Positions 16,278-26,317 are shown, counted from the first letter of the stretch. The stretch is 64,000 bases of DNA from Firmicutes bacterium HGW-Firmicutes-21 (GCA_002841455.1 PGZT01000001.1:15919-79918), one strand, 5' to 3'. Translations and numbers: made by a program. The notes: generated by a model not told the origin, from the sequence alone.

Positions 16278-18011
16278 TTATTTATCGTTTATCTCGGGCA
16301 TAGTTGCATCCACAAACGCCGTCCAATATTTATCGTAGGTTATAAAACCGGGCGGCGAACCGTTTGGCTTTTTAAGGTGCTTGACCTGCGTGTAATCGAC
16401 TCCCACATTCTCACTGCCCCTCTTTTCGGAGTGGTATGCGGCTATCCTTGCCGCCTCGGTATAATCCTCGGCCGACGGCTCCTCTCCGTTTGTGTAAAGT
16501 ATGACATGAGAGCCGTGGAAGCCCTTTATATGAAACCAGATATCCAACTTGTCGGCGGAAGCCGTTAGGGCGTCGTTGTCCCTGTTGTTCCTGCCCGCCC
16601 GTACCGACAGACCGCTTGAGGTAGTGTAGGACAGAGGCTTTTGCGGATGTTTTTTTTGCTTTTTACCGTCGGACTTTTTGGCTATATATCCTGTATCGGC
16701 AAGCTCCCTGCGTATCTCTCCCAGCTCCGCAACGCTTGACGAACGCATTATAAAATCGTTGACGCTCTCAAGGTAGTCAATCTCATCCTCCGCCTTTTTT
16801 ATCTGTTCACAAAGAACAACCTCCGCATGCTTGAGCTTGGTATACTTTTTATATCGGTTCTGTGCGTTTTTTGCGGGCGAGAGCCTTGTGTCCAACGCAA
16901 GCCTAATCTCCTTCTCGCTCTCGTAATCGTAAACGACGGCTACGGTATCGCTCTGCTTTAATCTGTACAGGTTTGCCGTTATCAGGTCTCCCTCTTTTTT
17001 ATATATATCCCGCTTTCTGCATTCCTCAAGCTCGCCCTTTTGCAGAGCAATCTTTTTCCGCAGCCTTGCGGTTGCGCTGTTTACCACCCTCATAATATCG
17101 GCGGCGTATTGCTTGAGTGATGCGTTGTCGGATTTTTTTTGGTAAAACCCTGTGAGTAACTCCGAGAAGCTGCTTTTCTCCTCGCATACTGCGGCAGAAT
17201 CGTATTGTGTTATAGGAAAAAAGGAATATTCAATACCCTCGCCGTCCTTGCTCCGCAAATAAACAGGGGTGAAGCGTTTGTTCTCTATAATACTGTTTAA
17301 TTTCTCAAGCTCCGCAAAAAACCGCTCTCCGTCAATCTCGTAAACGACACAATCCGTTCTTCCGAAGGTTCGGAACACAACCTCCCTCGCAACCAGCGGC
17401 GAAAAGGAGAAGAATGTGGAAACTAAGAAATTATCCGCCCGCTTCTCCCTGTTCCTCTCTAAAAGCGCAAGGAACAGTTCCTTTTTCGAAACGGCTAAGG
17501 CTAATTCGGTCTTGTCCTGCCCCGGAGGTGGCTCGTAGGGCATACCCGCCATAACCTGCCGCACAGAAGCGGTTATATCGGCAACGGAGGATGCTCCCAG
17601 AATACGGTTCTCCTCGTTACAAAGCACTATATTTGAGTATTTTCCCATCATTTCGGCATAAATATACCGCTTATTTACATAACCCATATCGTCGGCGCTG
17701 TCAAACTCGAATTTTATAATTCGTTCGTTCTTCACACAGGTAACCGATACGAGCCGTGAATTTATAAGGTGCTTGCGGAAAAGCATACATAACCCCGTGG
17801 GCTGTTCGGGACGAAGTAAATCCGCTCCGCTCAGAGCTACCACAGGGTTTGACGCCGATGCCGAAATTATAAGGTTGGTGCGGCTGCCCTGCAGGTACAA
17901 CGAGAGATACAACGATGTTACAGAGCCAAAGTGCAGCTTGTCCACCCTTGCGCCCGCCCATTCGTTCAGCTCGGCTGCAACCGCAATACATAGGAATCCG
18001 TCAAACGCCAT
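16278..18011 (-). CDS. rqcH: Rqc2/RqcH (FbpA/NFACT family) ribosome quality-control protein
   Basis: 577 aa. It has an NFACT-N-like N-terminus (MAFDGFLCIAVAAELN), a central coiled coil, and a C-terminal NFACT-R-like region (HGSHVILY). Confidence 0.88.
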   Translation of the reverse strand: MAFDGFLCIAVAAELNEWAGARVDKLHFGSVTSLYLSLYLQGSRTNLIISASASNPVVALSGADLLRPEQPTGLCMLFRKHLINSRLVSVTCVKNERIIKFEFDSADDMGYVNKRYIYAEMMGKYSNIVLCNEENRILGASSVADITASVRQVMAGMPYEPPPGQDKTELALAVSKKELFLALLERNREKRADNFLVSTFFSFSPLVAREVVFRTFGRTDCVVYEIDGERFFAELEKLNSIIENKRFTPVYLRSKDGEGIEYSFFPITQYDSAAVCEEKSSFSELLTGFYQKKSDNASLKQYAADIMRVVNSATARLRKKIALQKGELEECRKRDIYKKEGDLITANLYRLKQSDTVAVVYDYESEKEIRLALDTRLSPAKNAQNRYKKYTKLKHAEVVLCEQIKKAEDEIDYLESVNDFIMRSSSVAELGEIRRELADTGYIAKKSDGKKQKKHPQKPLSYTTSSGLSVRAGRNNRDNDALTASADKLDIWFHIKGFHGSHVILYTNGEEPSAEDYTEAARIAAYHSEKRGSENVGVDYTQVKHLKKPNGSPPGFITYDKYWTAFVDATMPEINDK

Positions 18012-18765
18012 ATTCGTCCTCTGCCTTAAAGGGCATTATTACCGTTTCTATATCCGGAAAACGCTCAAAAAGCAGCTCCTTTATTCGGGGTAATATTATG
18101 TTTTCGGTGGCGTAATGAGTGCCGCAGACCACATTCAACCCCAACTCCTTAGCCTCGATAAGCCCCGAATGGTTTACCTCCCCTGTCAGGAAGGTGTCCG
18201 CTCCCGCCTTTTTTGCATCGGTAATGAAATCCTTACCGCTGCCTCCAATTACCGCAACCCTTTTTATTTTGCCGTTGCTGTTTACCCCGCTTATTTTGCC
18301 AAGCCCCAACGCTCTTTTTATATGTTCGGTAAACTCTTTATAACTCATCTCGTTTTCTAAAACACCGATTCTGCCGCATGGCTGCATTTTTTCCATATTA
18401 CGCAAGCCTGCAAGAGCGGCAAAGCAATCACCCACACCACCGCAGACCTCGTCAAGACGGGTATGGTAGGACAGCACGGTTATGTTGTTTTTAATACACT
18501 CAATAACCCGTTTTCCGTATGGGTCGTCGGCGGAAAGAGAGGCGAACGGAGAAAAAACAAGCGGATGATGAGTGATAATAAGCTCCGCTCCGATACTTTT
18601 TGCCCGTTCTATCGAAAGACTTGTTGCGTCAAGGGCAATTAAGGCTTTTTTTATGTCCGCATTCCCGTCGGGCAAAACCATAACGCCGTCATTGTCCCAA
18701 TCCTCGGAGAGCGTTTTTGGAAGAACGGAATCAAAATATTCGATTATGTTTTTGATGTTAGACAT
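18001..18765 (-). CDS. Nif3-like dinuclear metal centre protein
   Basis: 254 aa. ELIITHHPL and TGEVNH are typical of the NIF3/YbgI family. Confidence 0.88.
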   Translation of the reverse strand: MSNIKNIIEYFDSVLPKTLSEDWDNDGVMVLPDGNADIKKALIALDATSLSIERAKSIGAELIITHHPLVFSPFASLSADDPYGKRVIECIKNNITVLSYHTRLDEVCGGVGDCFAALAGLRNMEKMQPCGRIGVLENEMSYKEFTEHIKRALGLGKISGVNSNGKIKRVAVIGGSGKDFITDAKKAGADTFLTGEVNHSGLIEAKELGLNVVCGTHYATENIILPRIKELLFERFPDIETVIMPFKAEDEYGV

Positions 18766-18865
18766 GAAAAACGCTCCTTGCTTGTTTAAATATTTTATTC
18801 AGTTATATCATCTTAGTGAAAAAACTGCATATGTACTAACGAAATGACGGCAATAGAGATTATGC

Positions 18866-19234
18866 TTATTTTACCTGCTTATTACTGGTATCTATGACAT
18901 CGTCTTTTTTAACTTCACTCTGCGATTCTATTATTCTGTCAACTTGGTCTATTATGTTTTTATATCCTAACCCATTATCTATAAAGGATTTGTTAAGAAA
19001 ATCGTTGAATTGTTCATTGTCTGACTGCGCAATAATTACCTTTTTAATTTGGATTTGCTGAGCTATAACAATGACCAAAATCAAAACAGTAGTAGCAACC
19101 CCAATAATGGCAAACCACAGATTTATAAATGATAATATAAACAGTACAATAGTAGGAATTACCAAATACCACAACTTAAAAACATTTAGAAAAACACCAA
19201 AAATAAAAATCGAAAAAGGATATTTACGCTTCAT
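18866..19234 (-). CDS. Hypothetical membrane protein (122 aa) in an AT-rich islet
   Basis: Two or three hydrophobic helices followed by a polar tail. Strongly AT-rich. No family recognised. Confidence 0.5.
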   Translation of the reverse strand: MKRKYPFSIFIFGVFLNVFKLWYLVIPTIVLFILSFINLWFAIIGVATTVLILVIVIAQQIQIKKVIIAQSDNEQFNDFLNKSFIDNGLGYKNIIDQVDRIIESQSEVKKDDVIDTSNKQVK

Positions 19235-19363
19235 ATTGCTCCTCTTATTACAAAAAACAATCCGCTGTTATGCTTTAAGGGCGAAAATTCAATAGAGTGT
19301 CTATAATTTTTATCTAAAATCTGTACTATTAATATCCCAAGTGTATTTCTTTCGCTCTTTTTT

Positions 19364-19465
19364 TGTGGCGCAGTATTCGCTTGTTACGCTTCCCAAGCTG
19401 CCTATAACGGTATGCTCCTCAGCGGTGATAATCCTCTTTGTTTGTAGAGCATCTTATAATTATCT
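19364..19465 (-). pseudogene. Internal remnant of a transketolase C-terminal-subunit gene (about 30 codons)
   Basis: The minus-strand translation ...QTKRIITAEEHTVIGSLGSVTSEYCATKK aligns with EKTKRIVTAEEHTVIGGLGSAVADVTSEHCPTR of the intact gene (20248-20363). It has a 4-codon in-frame gap, stops upstream, and unrelated sequence downstream. Confidence 0.8.
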
Positions 19466-19475
19466 ACAACAAAAA

Positions 19476-20111
19476 CTATATTCCTAACGAAATTTCACCA
19501 CCATGTTTGGCAAAATCCTTATATTCATAACTAAATTTTATTTCCTTGGTACTGTATGTTTTATAATCGTCGGTTAGGTATCTGTATGAAATATTCACAT
19601 CAAGAATCCACTCTTCGTCTTCAAATTCCAGTTTTGCTTTAATGTCGATATTTGTAATGTTCCAGTTGTTTGAATTGTAGTGCTCAAGCCGTAAAGGGGT
19701 ATTGCTCGGATAATCCTTAAATAAATTATCGTTTGCAATATCGGCAAAAGTGTCATTCTCTAAATAAAACACTATATTATATAAACCATACCTGCCGCCT
19801 TTTATTGAAAACTTTTTTCCGCTTGTGGTTAAACGACTTGTTTCGTTATTGTCATATCCGAAAGTTATTTCCGTCGGAATATATTCCATGCCGTTAACCG
19901 TCATATTAAAGCTGCCCGTGATACAGTCGCCGTTAAACATTCTGACCTTCATATACGGAGTATTGAAAACATATATAAAGCAACCTAAAACAACAGCAAC
20001 TGCTGCTATAACAACTATAATTTTATTTTTTGTTTTCATAAAACGCTTCCTATAATTCGATTGATACTGTTCAAAATCTGTTACCAACAATCCATTATTT
20101 ATCAACCTCAT
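19476..20111 (-). CDS. Hypothetical membrane-anchored protein (211 aa; alternative start at 20039) in an AT-rich islet
   Basis: N-terminal TM helix (IIVVIAAVAVVLGCFIY) followed by a beta-rich, Asn/Tyr-rich domain. An AGGAAG RBS lies before the internal ATG at 20039. No family recognised. Confidence 0.55.
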   Translation of the reverse strand: MRLINNGLLVTDFEQYQSNYRKRFMKTKNKIIVVIAAVAVVLGCFIYVFNTPYMKVRMFNGDCITGSFNMTVNGMEYIPTEITFGYDNNETSRLTTSGKKFSIKGGRYGLYNIVFYLENDTFADIANDNLFKDYPSNTPLRLEHYNSNNWNITNIDIKAKLEFEDEEWILDVNISYRYLTDDYKTYSTKEIKFSYEYKDFAKHGGEISLGI

Positions 20112-20127
20112 TATAACGCCGCCTTTC

Positions 20128-21084
20128 TTACATCAACGACTTCACCTTTGCCACGATTCCCGCGGCGTTAAGGCAAAAGTAATCCAGCAGCTCGGCGGCC
20201 TTTCCGCTCAGTCCGAACTCGTCCTCAACGCCCACTCTCGCCATTCTTGTGGGGCAGTGTTCGCTCGTTACATCGGCTACGGCACTACCCAAGCCGCCGA
20301 TAACGGTATGCTCCTCGGCTGTTACTATTCTTTTTGTTTTCTCTGCGTATTTTATGATTATCTCTTTATCTATCGGCTTAATTGTATGGATGTTTATGAC
20401 AGCCGCATCAATTCCCTCGGCGGCAAGCGTTTCTCTCGCCTCGAGTGCGGCAGCGTTCATAATTCCGCTTGCGAAAATGGCAACATCCCCTCCGTCCGCA
20501 AGGACAACACCCTTGCCAACCTCAAACTTGTAGTTATCCTTATCAAAGACAACGGGGACGGCAAACCTGCCCAGACGCATATAAACGGGACCGTAATGCT
20601 GTAATATAGCCTCGACGGCAAGCGCCGCTTCGGTTGCGTCGGCGGGATTGATTACCGTCATATTGGGAACAGCACGCATAAGCGCAATATCCTCGCAGAA
20701 CTGATGTGTTGCGCCGTCCTCACCCACCGTAACTCCGGCGTGGGTAGCGCATATTTTTACATTCAATCCCGGGTAGGCAATGGAGTTGCGTATCTGCTCA
20801 AACGCTCTGCCGCAGGCGAACATTGCAAAGGAGGACGCAAACACAGGCACTCCGGAAGCGGCGATACCTGCCGCAACCGACATCATATTGCCCTCCGCAA
20901 TGCCGCAGTTGACAAAACGCTCAGGGTATTTTTTACCGAAGATTGCTGTCTGTGTTGAACCCGAAAGGTCGGCGTCCATTACGAAAAAATTATATTTGCC
21001 GCCCAAATCGGCAAGAGCGTTGCCGTAGGCGACACGGGTTGCCACCCGTTTTGAATTCTTGTCGTTTATAATAATACTACCCAT
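20128..21084 (-). CDS. Transketolase, C-terminal (pyrimidine-binding) subunit
   Basis: 318 aa. The motifs CGIAEGNMMSVAAG and GEDGATHQ and the split-transketolase layout support the call. Confidence 0.92.
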   Translation of the reverse strand: MGSIIINDKNSKRVATRVAYGNALADLGGKYNFFVMDADLSGSTQTAIFGKKYPERFVNCGIAEGNMMSVAAGIAASGVPVFASSFAMFACGRAFEQIRNSIAYPGLNVKICATHAGVTVGEDGATHQFCEDIALMRAVPNMTVINPADATEAALAVEAILQHYGPVYMRLGRFAVPVVFDKDNYKFEVGKGVVLADGGDVAIFASGIMNAAALEARETLAAEGIDAAVINIHTIKPIDKEIIIKYAEKTKRIVTAEEHTVIGGLGSAVADVTSEHCPTRMARVGVEDEFGLSGKAAELLDYFCLNAAGIVAKVKSLM

Positions 21085-21931
21085 TTTTGCATGCCTCCCT
21101 TGCTCTCTCGTGCGCCGCTTTTAATTCAAGGAACGCAACCTCGTGGTCGTCCTTGTTCGGAGCCTTTCCGTGCCAGTCGGCATTGTTCTCCATATAGGAG
21201 ACACCCTTGCCCTTGACTGTGGTGCAGATAATTACGCTCGGCTTATCCGATTTATCGGCGTTTTTAACGGCGGAATCGATTTCCTCAATGCTATGACCGT
21301 CTATATTCTGTACATACCAGCCGAAAGCGGCAAACTTCTCGTCAAGCGGAGTCGGGTTCATAACCTCCCGAACATCGCCGTCGATTTGCAGATGATTAAA
21401 ATCCAAAAAGGTAATCAGATTATTTAGCTTGTAATGGGCGGCAAACATAGCCGCCTCCCAGACCTGTCCCTCCTGCGTTTCGCCGTCTCCTATTATAGCA
21501 AAAACCTTGTAGCGGTCGCAGCTCCTTTTAGCTTTGACAGCCATTCCGCAGGCGGCGGAGATTCCATGCCCGAGCGAGCCTGTGGACATATCCACTCCCG
21601 GAACCTTATGCATATCGGGGTGTCCCTGTAAACGGCTACCGAGTCGGCGGACTGTCTTTATCTCCTCCTCGGGGAAAAAGCCCCTCATAGCCAGTGCGGC
21701 ATAAAGAGCGGGGCAGGTATGCCCTTTGGACAAAACAAACCTGTCTCTGTCGGGCATTTCGGGATTGCTTGGGTCTACATTCATTCTTTCAAAATAGAGA
21801 TAAGCGATAATTTCAGCAATTGATAGTGAGCCCCCGGGATGACCCGACTCGGCGTTAAAAACAGCCTCCAAAGACAAACAGCGGATTTTGGCGGCTGCCT
21901 CATCAAGGCAAAGCAGCTTTTCTCTTTCCAT
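21077..21931 (-). CDS. Transketolase, N-terminal (TPP-binding) subunit
   Basis: 284 aa with SGHPGGSLS, LSKGH and GDGETQEG. It overlaps the C-terminal subunit gene by 8 nt. Confidence 0.92.
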   Translation of the reverse strand: MEREKLLCLDEAAAKIRCLSLEAVFNAESGHPGGSLSIAEIIAYLYFERMNVDPSNPEMPDRDRFVLSKGHTCPALYAALAMRGFFPEEEIKTVRRLGSRLQGHPDMHKVPGVDMSTGSLGHGISAACGMAVKAKRSCDRYKVFAIIGDGETQEGQVWEAAMFAAHYKLNNLITFLDFNHLQIDGDVREVMNPTPLDEKFAAFGWYVQNIDGHSIEEIDSAVKNADKSDKPSVIICTTVKGKGVSYMENNADWHGKAPNKDDHEVAFLELKAAHERAREACKNG

Positions 21932-22044
21932 ATAAAAAAGTCCTTCTCCGGCGCTACTGATTATTGTTTTTCCGTTGCAATCCCGTCGCCGGTAGGATTT
22001 GCAAGAAGAGAATCGGTCTGTTCTCCGGCAGTTATGCTTTATAA

Positions 22045-22110
22045 TCGATTGCGAAACTGCGGTTCTGCAATCGAGTCCATGGATTTCACTCGCTTATTGC
22101 CCTAAAACAG
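22045..22110. repeat. 66-nt structured intergenic element, copy 1
   Basis: 60 of 66 positions are identical to 29982-30047. It contains hairpins tcgattgc...gcaatcga and cgagt...actcg, then ttattgccctaaaacag. It lies between the rluD stop and the transketolase start. Confidence 0.8.
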
Positions 22111-22135
22111 AAATTATTAGTTCCCGATTTTGTTT

Positions 22136-23041
22136 TTATGCTTTATTTAATTTTTCCAGCACCTTGTTAAAAAATTCCGGCTTATTGGCTTCAAACACCA
22201 AATGTTCTCCGGTTATCGGATGAACAAAACCGATATGATACGCAAAAAGGCATTGACCCTTCAGTCCGAGTGCGTTTTTTTTGTCCCCGTAAACGGAGTC
22301 CCCCGCTACGGGATGCCCGACAGATGCCATATGCACCCTAATCTGATGAGTTCTTCCCGTCTCCAGGGTAAGCTCGACATGGGTGAACCCGTTATATCTT
22401 TGTATAACCCTGTAATGGGTGACGGCGGGCTTGGAGCCGGTTTCCGTAACCGTCATTTTTTTGCGGTCTACTCTATGCCGTCCGATAGGTTTATTTATAC
22501 TGCCGCCGTCCTCCTTCAGGTTGCCCAGAACAACAGCCTCGTACTTTCTTGAAAAGGAATGGTCGGCAATCTGCGCCGCAAGACCCGTATGCGCCTTGTC
22601 CGTTTTTGCGACAATGAGCAGCCCTGCGGTGTCCTTGTCTAAGCGGTGAACTATACCAGGGCGAACCTTGCCGTTAATTGAGGAAAGCCTGCCTGCACAA
22701 TGGAAGAGCAATGCGTTTACAAGGGTCTCGTCGGGGTTGCCCGCCGCAGGGTGAACCACCATGCCCTTAGGCTTGTTGACCACCAAAAGATGCTCATCCT
22801 CATATACAATTTCAACGGGGATGTCCTGCGGGGTGGTCTCTATATCGGTCGGCTCGGGAACTGTCGCTTCGATAATCTCGTCCCCTCGCAGACGGTAATT
22901 TTTTGCAATATTACAGCCGTTTACCTTAACAAGCAGTGAGACAATAAGCCCCTGCGCCAAGGAACGGCTGATAGAAAGCTGCTCTGATAGGAATATATCT
23001 ATTCTTTTGTCCCTGTCACTCGGTGAGGTCTGTATTTTCAT
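22136..23041 (-). CDS. rluD: 23S rRNA pseudouridine synthase, RluD family
   Basis: 301 aa with an S4-like N-terminus and the catalytic HRLDKDTAGLL motif. Confidence 0.9.
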   Translation of the reverse strand: MKIQTSPSDRDKRIDIFLSEQLSISRSLAQGLIVSLLVKVNGCNIAKNYRLRGDEIIEATVPEPTDIETTPQDIPVEIVYEDEHLLVVNKPKGMVVHPAAGNPDETLVNALLFHCAGRLSSINGKVRPGIVHRLDKDTAGLLIVAKTDKAHTGLAAQIADHSFSRKYEAVVLGNLKEDGGSINKPIGRHRVDRKKMTVTETGSKPAVTHYRVIQRYNGFTHVELTLETGRTHQIRVHMASVGHPVAGDSVYGDKKNALGLKGQCLFAYHIGFVHPITGEHLVFEANKPEFFNKVLEKLNKA

Positions 23042-23519
23042 CGCTTTCCTCTACTGTCGCCCTCAAGGTTTGTTCGGTCTTCTTTTCGTAGAATATGACA
23101 TATATTCCCAGAAGCACAGCTCCGAAGGTAATAAACATATCAGCCACATTAAATATCGCAAACCTGACGAAGGTAAACTCGAAGAAATCCACTACAACGC
23201 CTCTGAAAATGCGGTCTATCATATTTCCAATACCGCCGCCCAGAACAAAAGCAAGGCTTACCGTCAGGAGCTTGTGCCGTTTATACTGCTTAAAAAGGAA
23301 CACTGTAATGCCGAGTATCGCAACGGTTGAAAACAGCATAAACACCCAGCGATACCCCGAGAGCATCCCAAAGGAAGCTCCCTCGTTCTCTACATGGGTC
23401 AGGTTTATAAAAAAGGGAATAAAATCAACCTCGCCGTATAGCGGAATAAAACGGACAACCAAATACTTTGTGAGCTGATCTGCCGTTACGATAAATAAAA
23501 CCAGAATAAATGCTAACAT
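23016..23519 (-). CDS. lspA: Lipoprotein signal peptidase II
   Basis: 167 aa. DQLTKY, GGGIGNMIDR and VVDFF are typical of LspA. Confidence 0.9.
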   Translation of the reverse strand: MLAFILVLFIVTADQLTKYLVVRFIPLYGEVDFIPFFINLTHVENEGASFGMLSGYRWVFMLFSTVAILGITVFLFKQYKRHKLLTVSLAFVLGGGIGNMIDRIFRGVVVDFFEFTFVRFAIFNVADMFITFGAVLLGIYVIFYEKKTEQTLRATVEESDENTDLTE

Positions 23520-26317
23520 ACGGCGTTTTTACACCTGTCGCAGATCGGCTGTCCGCTCTCGTCGTTTGTGATGTGCTTTTTGTACATCCAGCAACGCACG
23601 CACTTCTCGCCGTCAGCAACGCTGACCCCGACCGAGATTCCGCTCTCAGTCTCGCTGAACACCTCGCCTTTCGGCGTTTCATAGCTGAGAACAACCTCGC
23701 TGACTATGAATATGGTCTCCAGCAGCGGCTTGTTAAGCTCGAACAAGCGCATTGTATCGCTGTCCCTGTCGCCGTAAATCGTTACCTTTGCTTCAAGCGA
23801 TTTGCCTATTGTCTTGTTCGCTCTCGCAATTTCAAGCGCCTTCATAACATCGTCGCGATGCTCGAACAGCTTATTGTATTTCTCCTCTATTTCATCGAAA
23901 TTCAACCGCTCATCAAAGGTCGGCATCTCGTTATAGAACACGCTTTCCTTGTTATCGCTATGAAGGTGACTTATAAATGCCCAGCTCTCCTCGGCGGTGA
24001 AGGATAATATCGGCGCAAGCAGACGGATCAGCGAATGTGCTATCAGATACATCGCCGTCTGTGCGCTTCTGCGTCCTTTATCGTTCTTCCGCTCGCAGTA
24101 CAACCTGTCTTTTGTTATATCTATATACATTTTCGAAAGGTCGATCGAGCAGTAATTGTGTATATCGTGATAGATAAGGTGGTATTGGTAGCCGTCGTAA
24201 GCTCCTCTTACTCTGCTAACCAGGCGGTTAAGCCTTGCAACCGCCCATTTGTCAATGTCCTCAAGCTCGTTTAATGCGATCATATCGTTGTTCGGATTAA
24301 AATCGGTATCGGGTGAGCCGAGGTTTGCAAGCAGTATTCGCAGTGTGTTGCGTATTTTACGGTATATCTCCGAGAGCTGCTTTAATATCTCGGAGGACAT
24401 ACGGACATCCGAGGTATACTCCACCGAGGATACCCACAGACGAAGAACATCCGCTCCGTAGGTCTTTATAACATCCTGCGGATCTACGACATTCCCGAGT
24501 GATTTGGATTGCTTTTTTCCCTCTCCGTCAACGACCATACCGTGTGTTATAACTGTTTTATACGGTGCGACATCCCTTGTTGCGACGCTTGTGAGCAGCG
24601 AGGACTGGAACCAGCCCCTGTACTGATCGTTACCCTCAAGATAAACATCGGCAGGGAAGCGATGGTCGGGGAACTCGTCGAGTACATATGCGTATGACGA
24701 GCCGGAATCGAACCAAACATCCATTATATCCTGCTCCGCACGGAGCTTTTTGCTGCCGCAGCTCGGACAAACGGCGGCATCGCCGAGAATCTCCTCCGGA
24801 GTCCTTTTATACCACGAACCTGAGCCCTCTTTATCAAAAACCTGAGCAATCCGTTCGATCGTTGTTTGGTTAATAAGCGGGTGCTTGCAGTCCTCGCAAT
24901 AAAATATAGGGATGGGAACTCCCCACTTGCGCTGACGGGATATGCACCAGTCGGAGCGATCCTTAACCATATTTTCTATACGAACCTCGCCCCATGAGGG
25001 TATCCAGCGGACGCCCTTTATCGCATCGAGCGCCTGCTTTTTAAAGCCGTCCACCGAGCAGAACCACTGCTCCGTCGCACGGAATAATATCGGTGTTTTG
25101 CATCTCCAGCAATGCGGATATTGATGCTCTATATGCTCTGTTGCAAGCAGGTTGCCGCTCTCTTTAAGCGTTTGCAGTATCGACTTGTTCGCCTCGGAGG
25201 TTTTTTGCCCCTCAAACTGCCCCGCAAGCGAGGTCATTCTGCCCTTTTCGTCAACGGGAACGACAATAGGCAGCTCGGGATAATTCCTGCATACCGCAAA
25301 GTCCTCAACACCGTGTCCCGGTGCGGTGTGTACGCAGCCCGTACCGCTCTCAAGCGTAACATGCTCTCCCACAATGACAAGGCTCTGCCTGTCAAGGAAG
25401 GGGTGTGCGGTTTTTATATGCTCAAGCTTTTCACCTTTAAAAGCGGCTATCGGCTCAAGCTCGACTCCCGCCGCCTTCCTGACACTGTCGGCAAGCTCGG
25501 TCGCTATCACAATATATTCGTCGCCTGTCTTATACAGAGTGTACGAGAATTCGGAATTAAGGCAGATAGCCACATTCCCGGGCAATGTCCAGGTTGTGGT
25601 TGTCCATATTACAAAATAAACCCTGTCAAGGCTGCCGATGTGCGGAGTAAACAGCCCCTTGTCGTCGGTAACCCTAAACTTAACATATATGCTGTCGCAT
25701 TCGTCCTCGGCATATTCTATTTCAGCCTCTGCGAGTGCGGTTTCGTCATGCGGACACCAATAAACCGGTCTTAAGCCCTTGTATATAAATCCTTTATGTG
25801 CCATTTCTCCGAAAATACGGATTTGATTCGCCTCAAAACGGGGCATCAGCGTCAGATAGGAGTTATCCCAATCGCCTATTATACCGAGTCGCTGCTGCTG
25901 TGACATCTGACGGGCTACATTCTCTCTGGCGAACTGCTCGCATCTGTCCCTGAACTCGCTGATACCGACCTCGCCGCCCTTGCCGTGCTTCTTTATCATC
26001 TGGTTCTCAATCGGAAGCCCGTGCGTATCCCAGCCGTGTATATATGGCGCTTTATAACCTCCCATATTACGGCTTTTTATAATAAAATCCTTTAACAGCT
26101 TGTTCAACGCATGCCCGATATGCATATCCCCGTTCGCATAGGGAGGTCCGTCGTGCATAACAAACAAGGGCTTGCCCTCGTTCGCTCTCATTATTCCGGC
26201 ATAAAGGTCCTCGCTGTCCCATTTCGCCTTTATTTCAGGCTCCTTTAAAGGAAGATTTGCCCTCATCGGAAAATCCGTAGAGGGCAGATTTAATGTATCT
26301 CTGTAATCTGCTTGCAT
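23513..26317 (-). CDS. ileS: Isoleucine--tRNA ligase
   Basis: 934 aa. HIGH-type motif (PYANGDMHIGHALNK), KMSKS-type motif (KQSKSLGN), and a C-terminal zinc motif (CVRCW...CDRC). Confidence 0.95.
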   Translation of the reverse strand: MQADYRDTLNLPSTDFPMRANLPLKEPEIKAKWDSEDLYAGIMRANEGKPLFVMHDGPPYANGDMHIGHALNKLLKDFIIKSRNMGGYKAPYIHGWDTHGLPIENQMIKKHGKGGEVGISEFRDRCEQFARENVARQMSQQQRLGIIGDWDNSYLTLMPRFEANQIRIFGEMAHKGFIYKGLRPVYWCPHDETALAEAEIEYAEDECDSIYVKFRVTDDKGLFTPHIGSLDRVYFVIWTTTTWTLPGNVAICLNSEFSYTLYKTGDEYIVIATELADSVRKAAGVELEPIAAFKGEKLEHIKTAHPFLDRQSLVIVGEHVTLESGTGCVHTAPGHGVEDFAVCRNYPELPIVVPVDEKGRMTSLAGQFEGQKTSEANKSILQTLKESGNLLATEHIEHQYPHCWRCKTPILFRATEQWFCSVDGFKKQALDAIKGVRWIPSWGEVRIENMVKDRSDWCISRQRKWGVPIPIFYCEDCKHPLINQTTIERIAQVFDKEGSGSWYKRTPEEILGDAAVCPSCGSKKLRAEQDIMDVWFDSGSSYAYVLDEFPDHRFPADVYLEGNDQYRGWFQSSLLTSVATRDVAPYKTVITHGMVVDGEGKKQSKSLGNVVDPQDVIKTYGADVLRLWVSSVEYTSDVRMSSEILKQLSEIYRKIRNTLRILLANLGSPDTDFNPNNDMIALNELEDIDKWAVARLNRLVSRVRGAYDGYQYHLIYHDIHNYCSIDLSKMYIDITKDRLYCERKNDKGRRSAQTAMYLIAHSLIRLLAPILSFTAEESWAFISHLHSDNKESVFYNEMPTFDERLNFDEIEEKYNKLFEHRDDVMKALEIARANKTIGKSLEAKVTIYGDRDSDTMRLFELNKPLLETIFIVSEVVLSYETPKGEVFSETESGISVGVSVADGEKCVRCWMYKKHITNDESGQPICDRCKNAVC

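Noticed and set aside
25112-25774. A 220-aa plus-strand ORF opposite ileS.
   Set aside because: It is antisense to a 934-aa isoleucyl-tRNA synthetase gene with all class-I motifs. It has no homology pattern and no translation signals.
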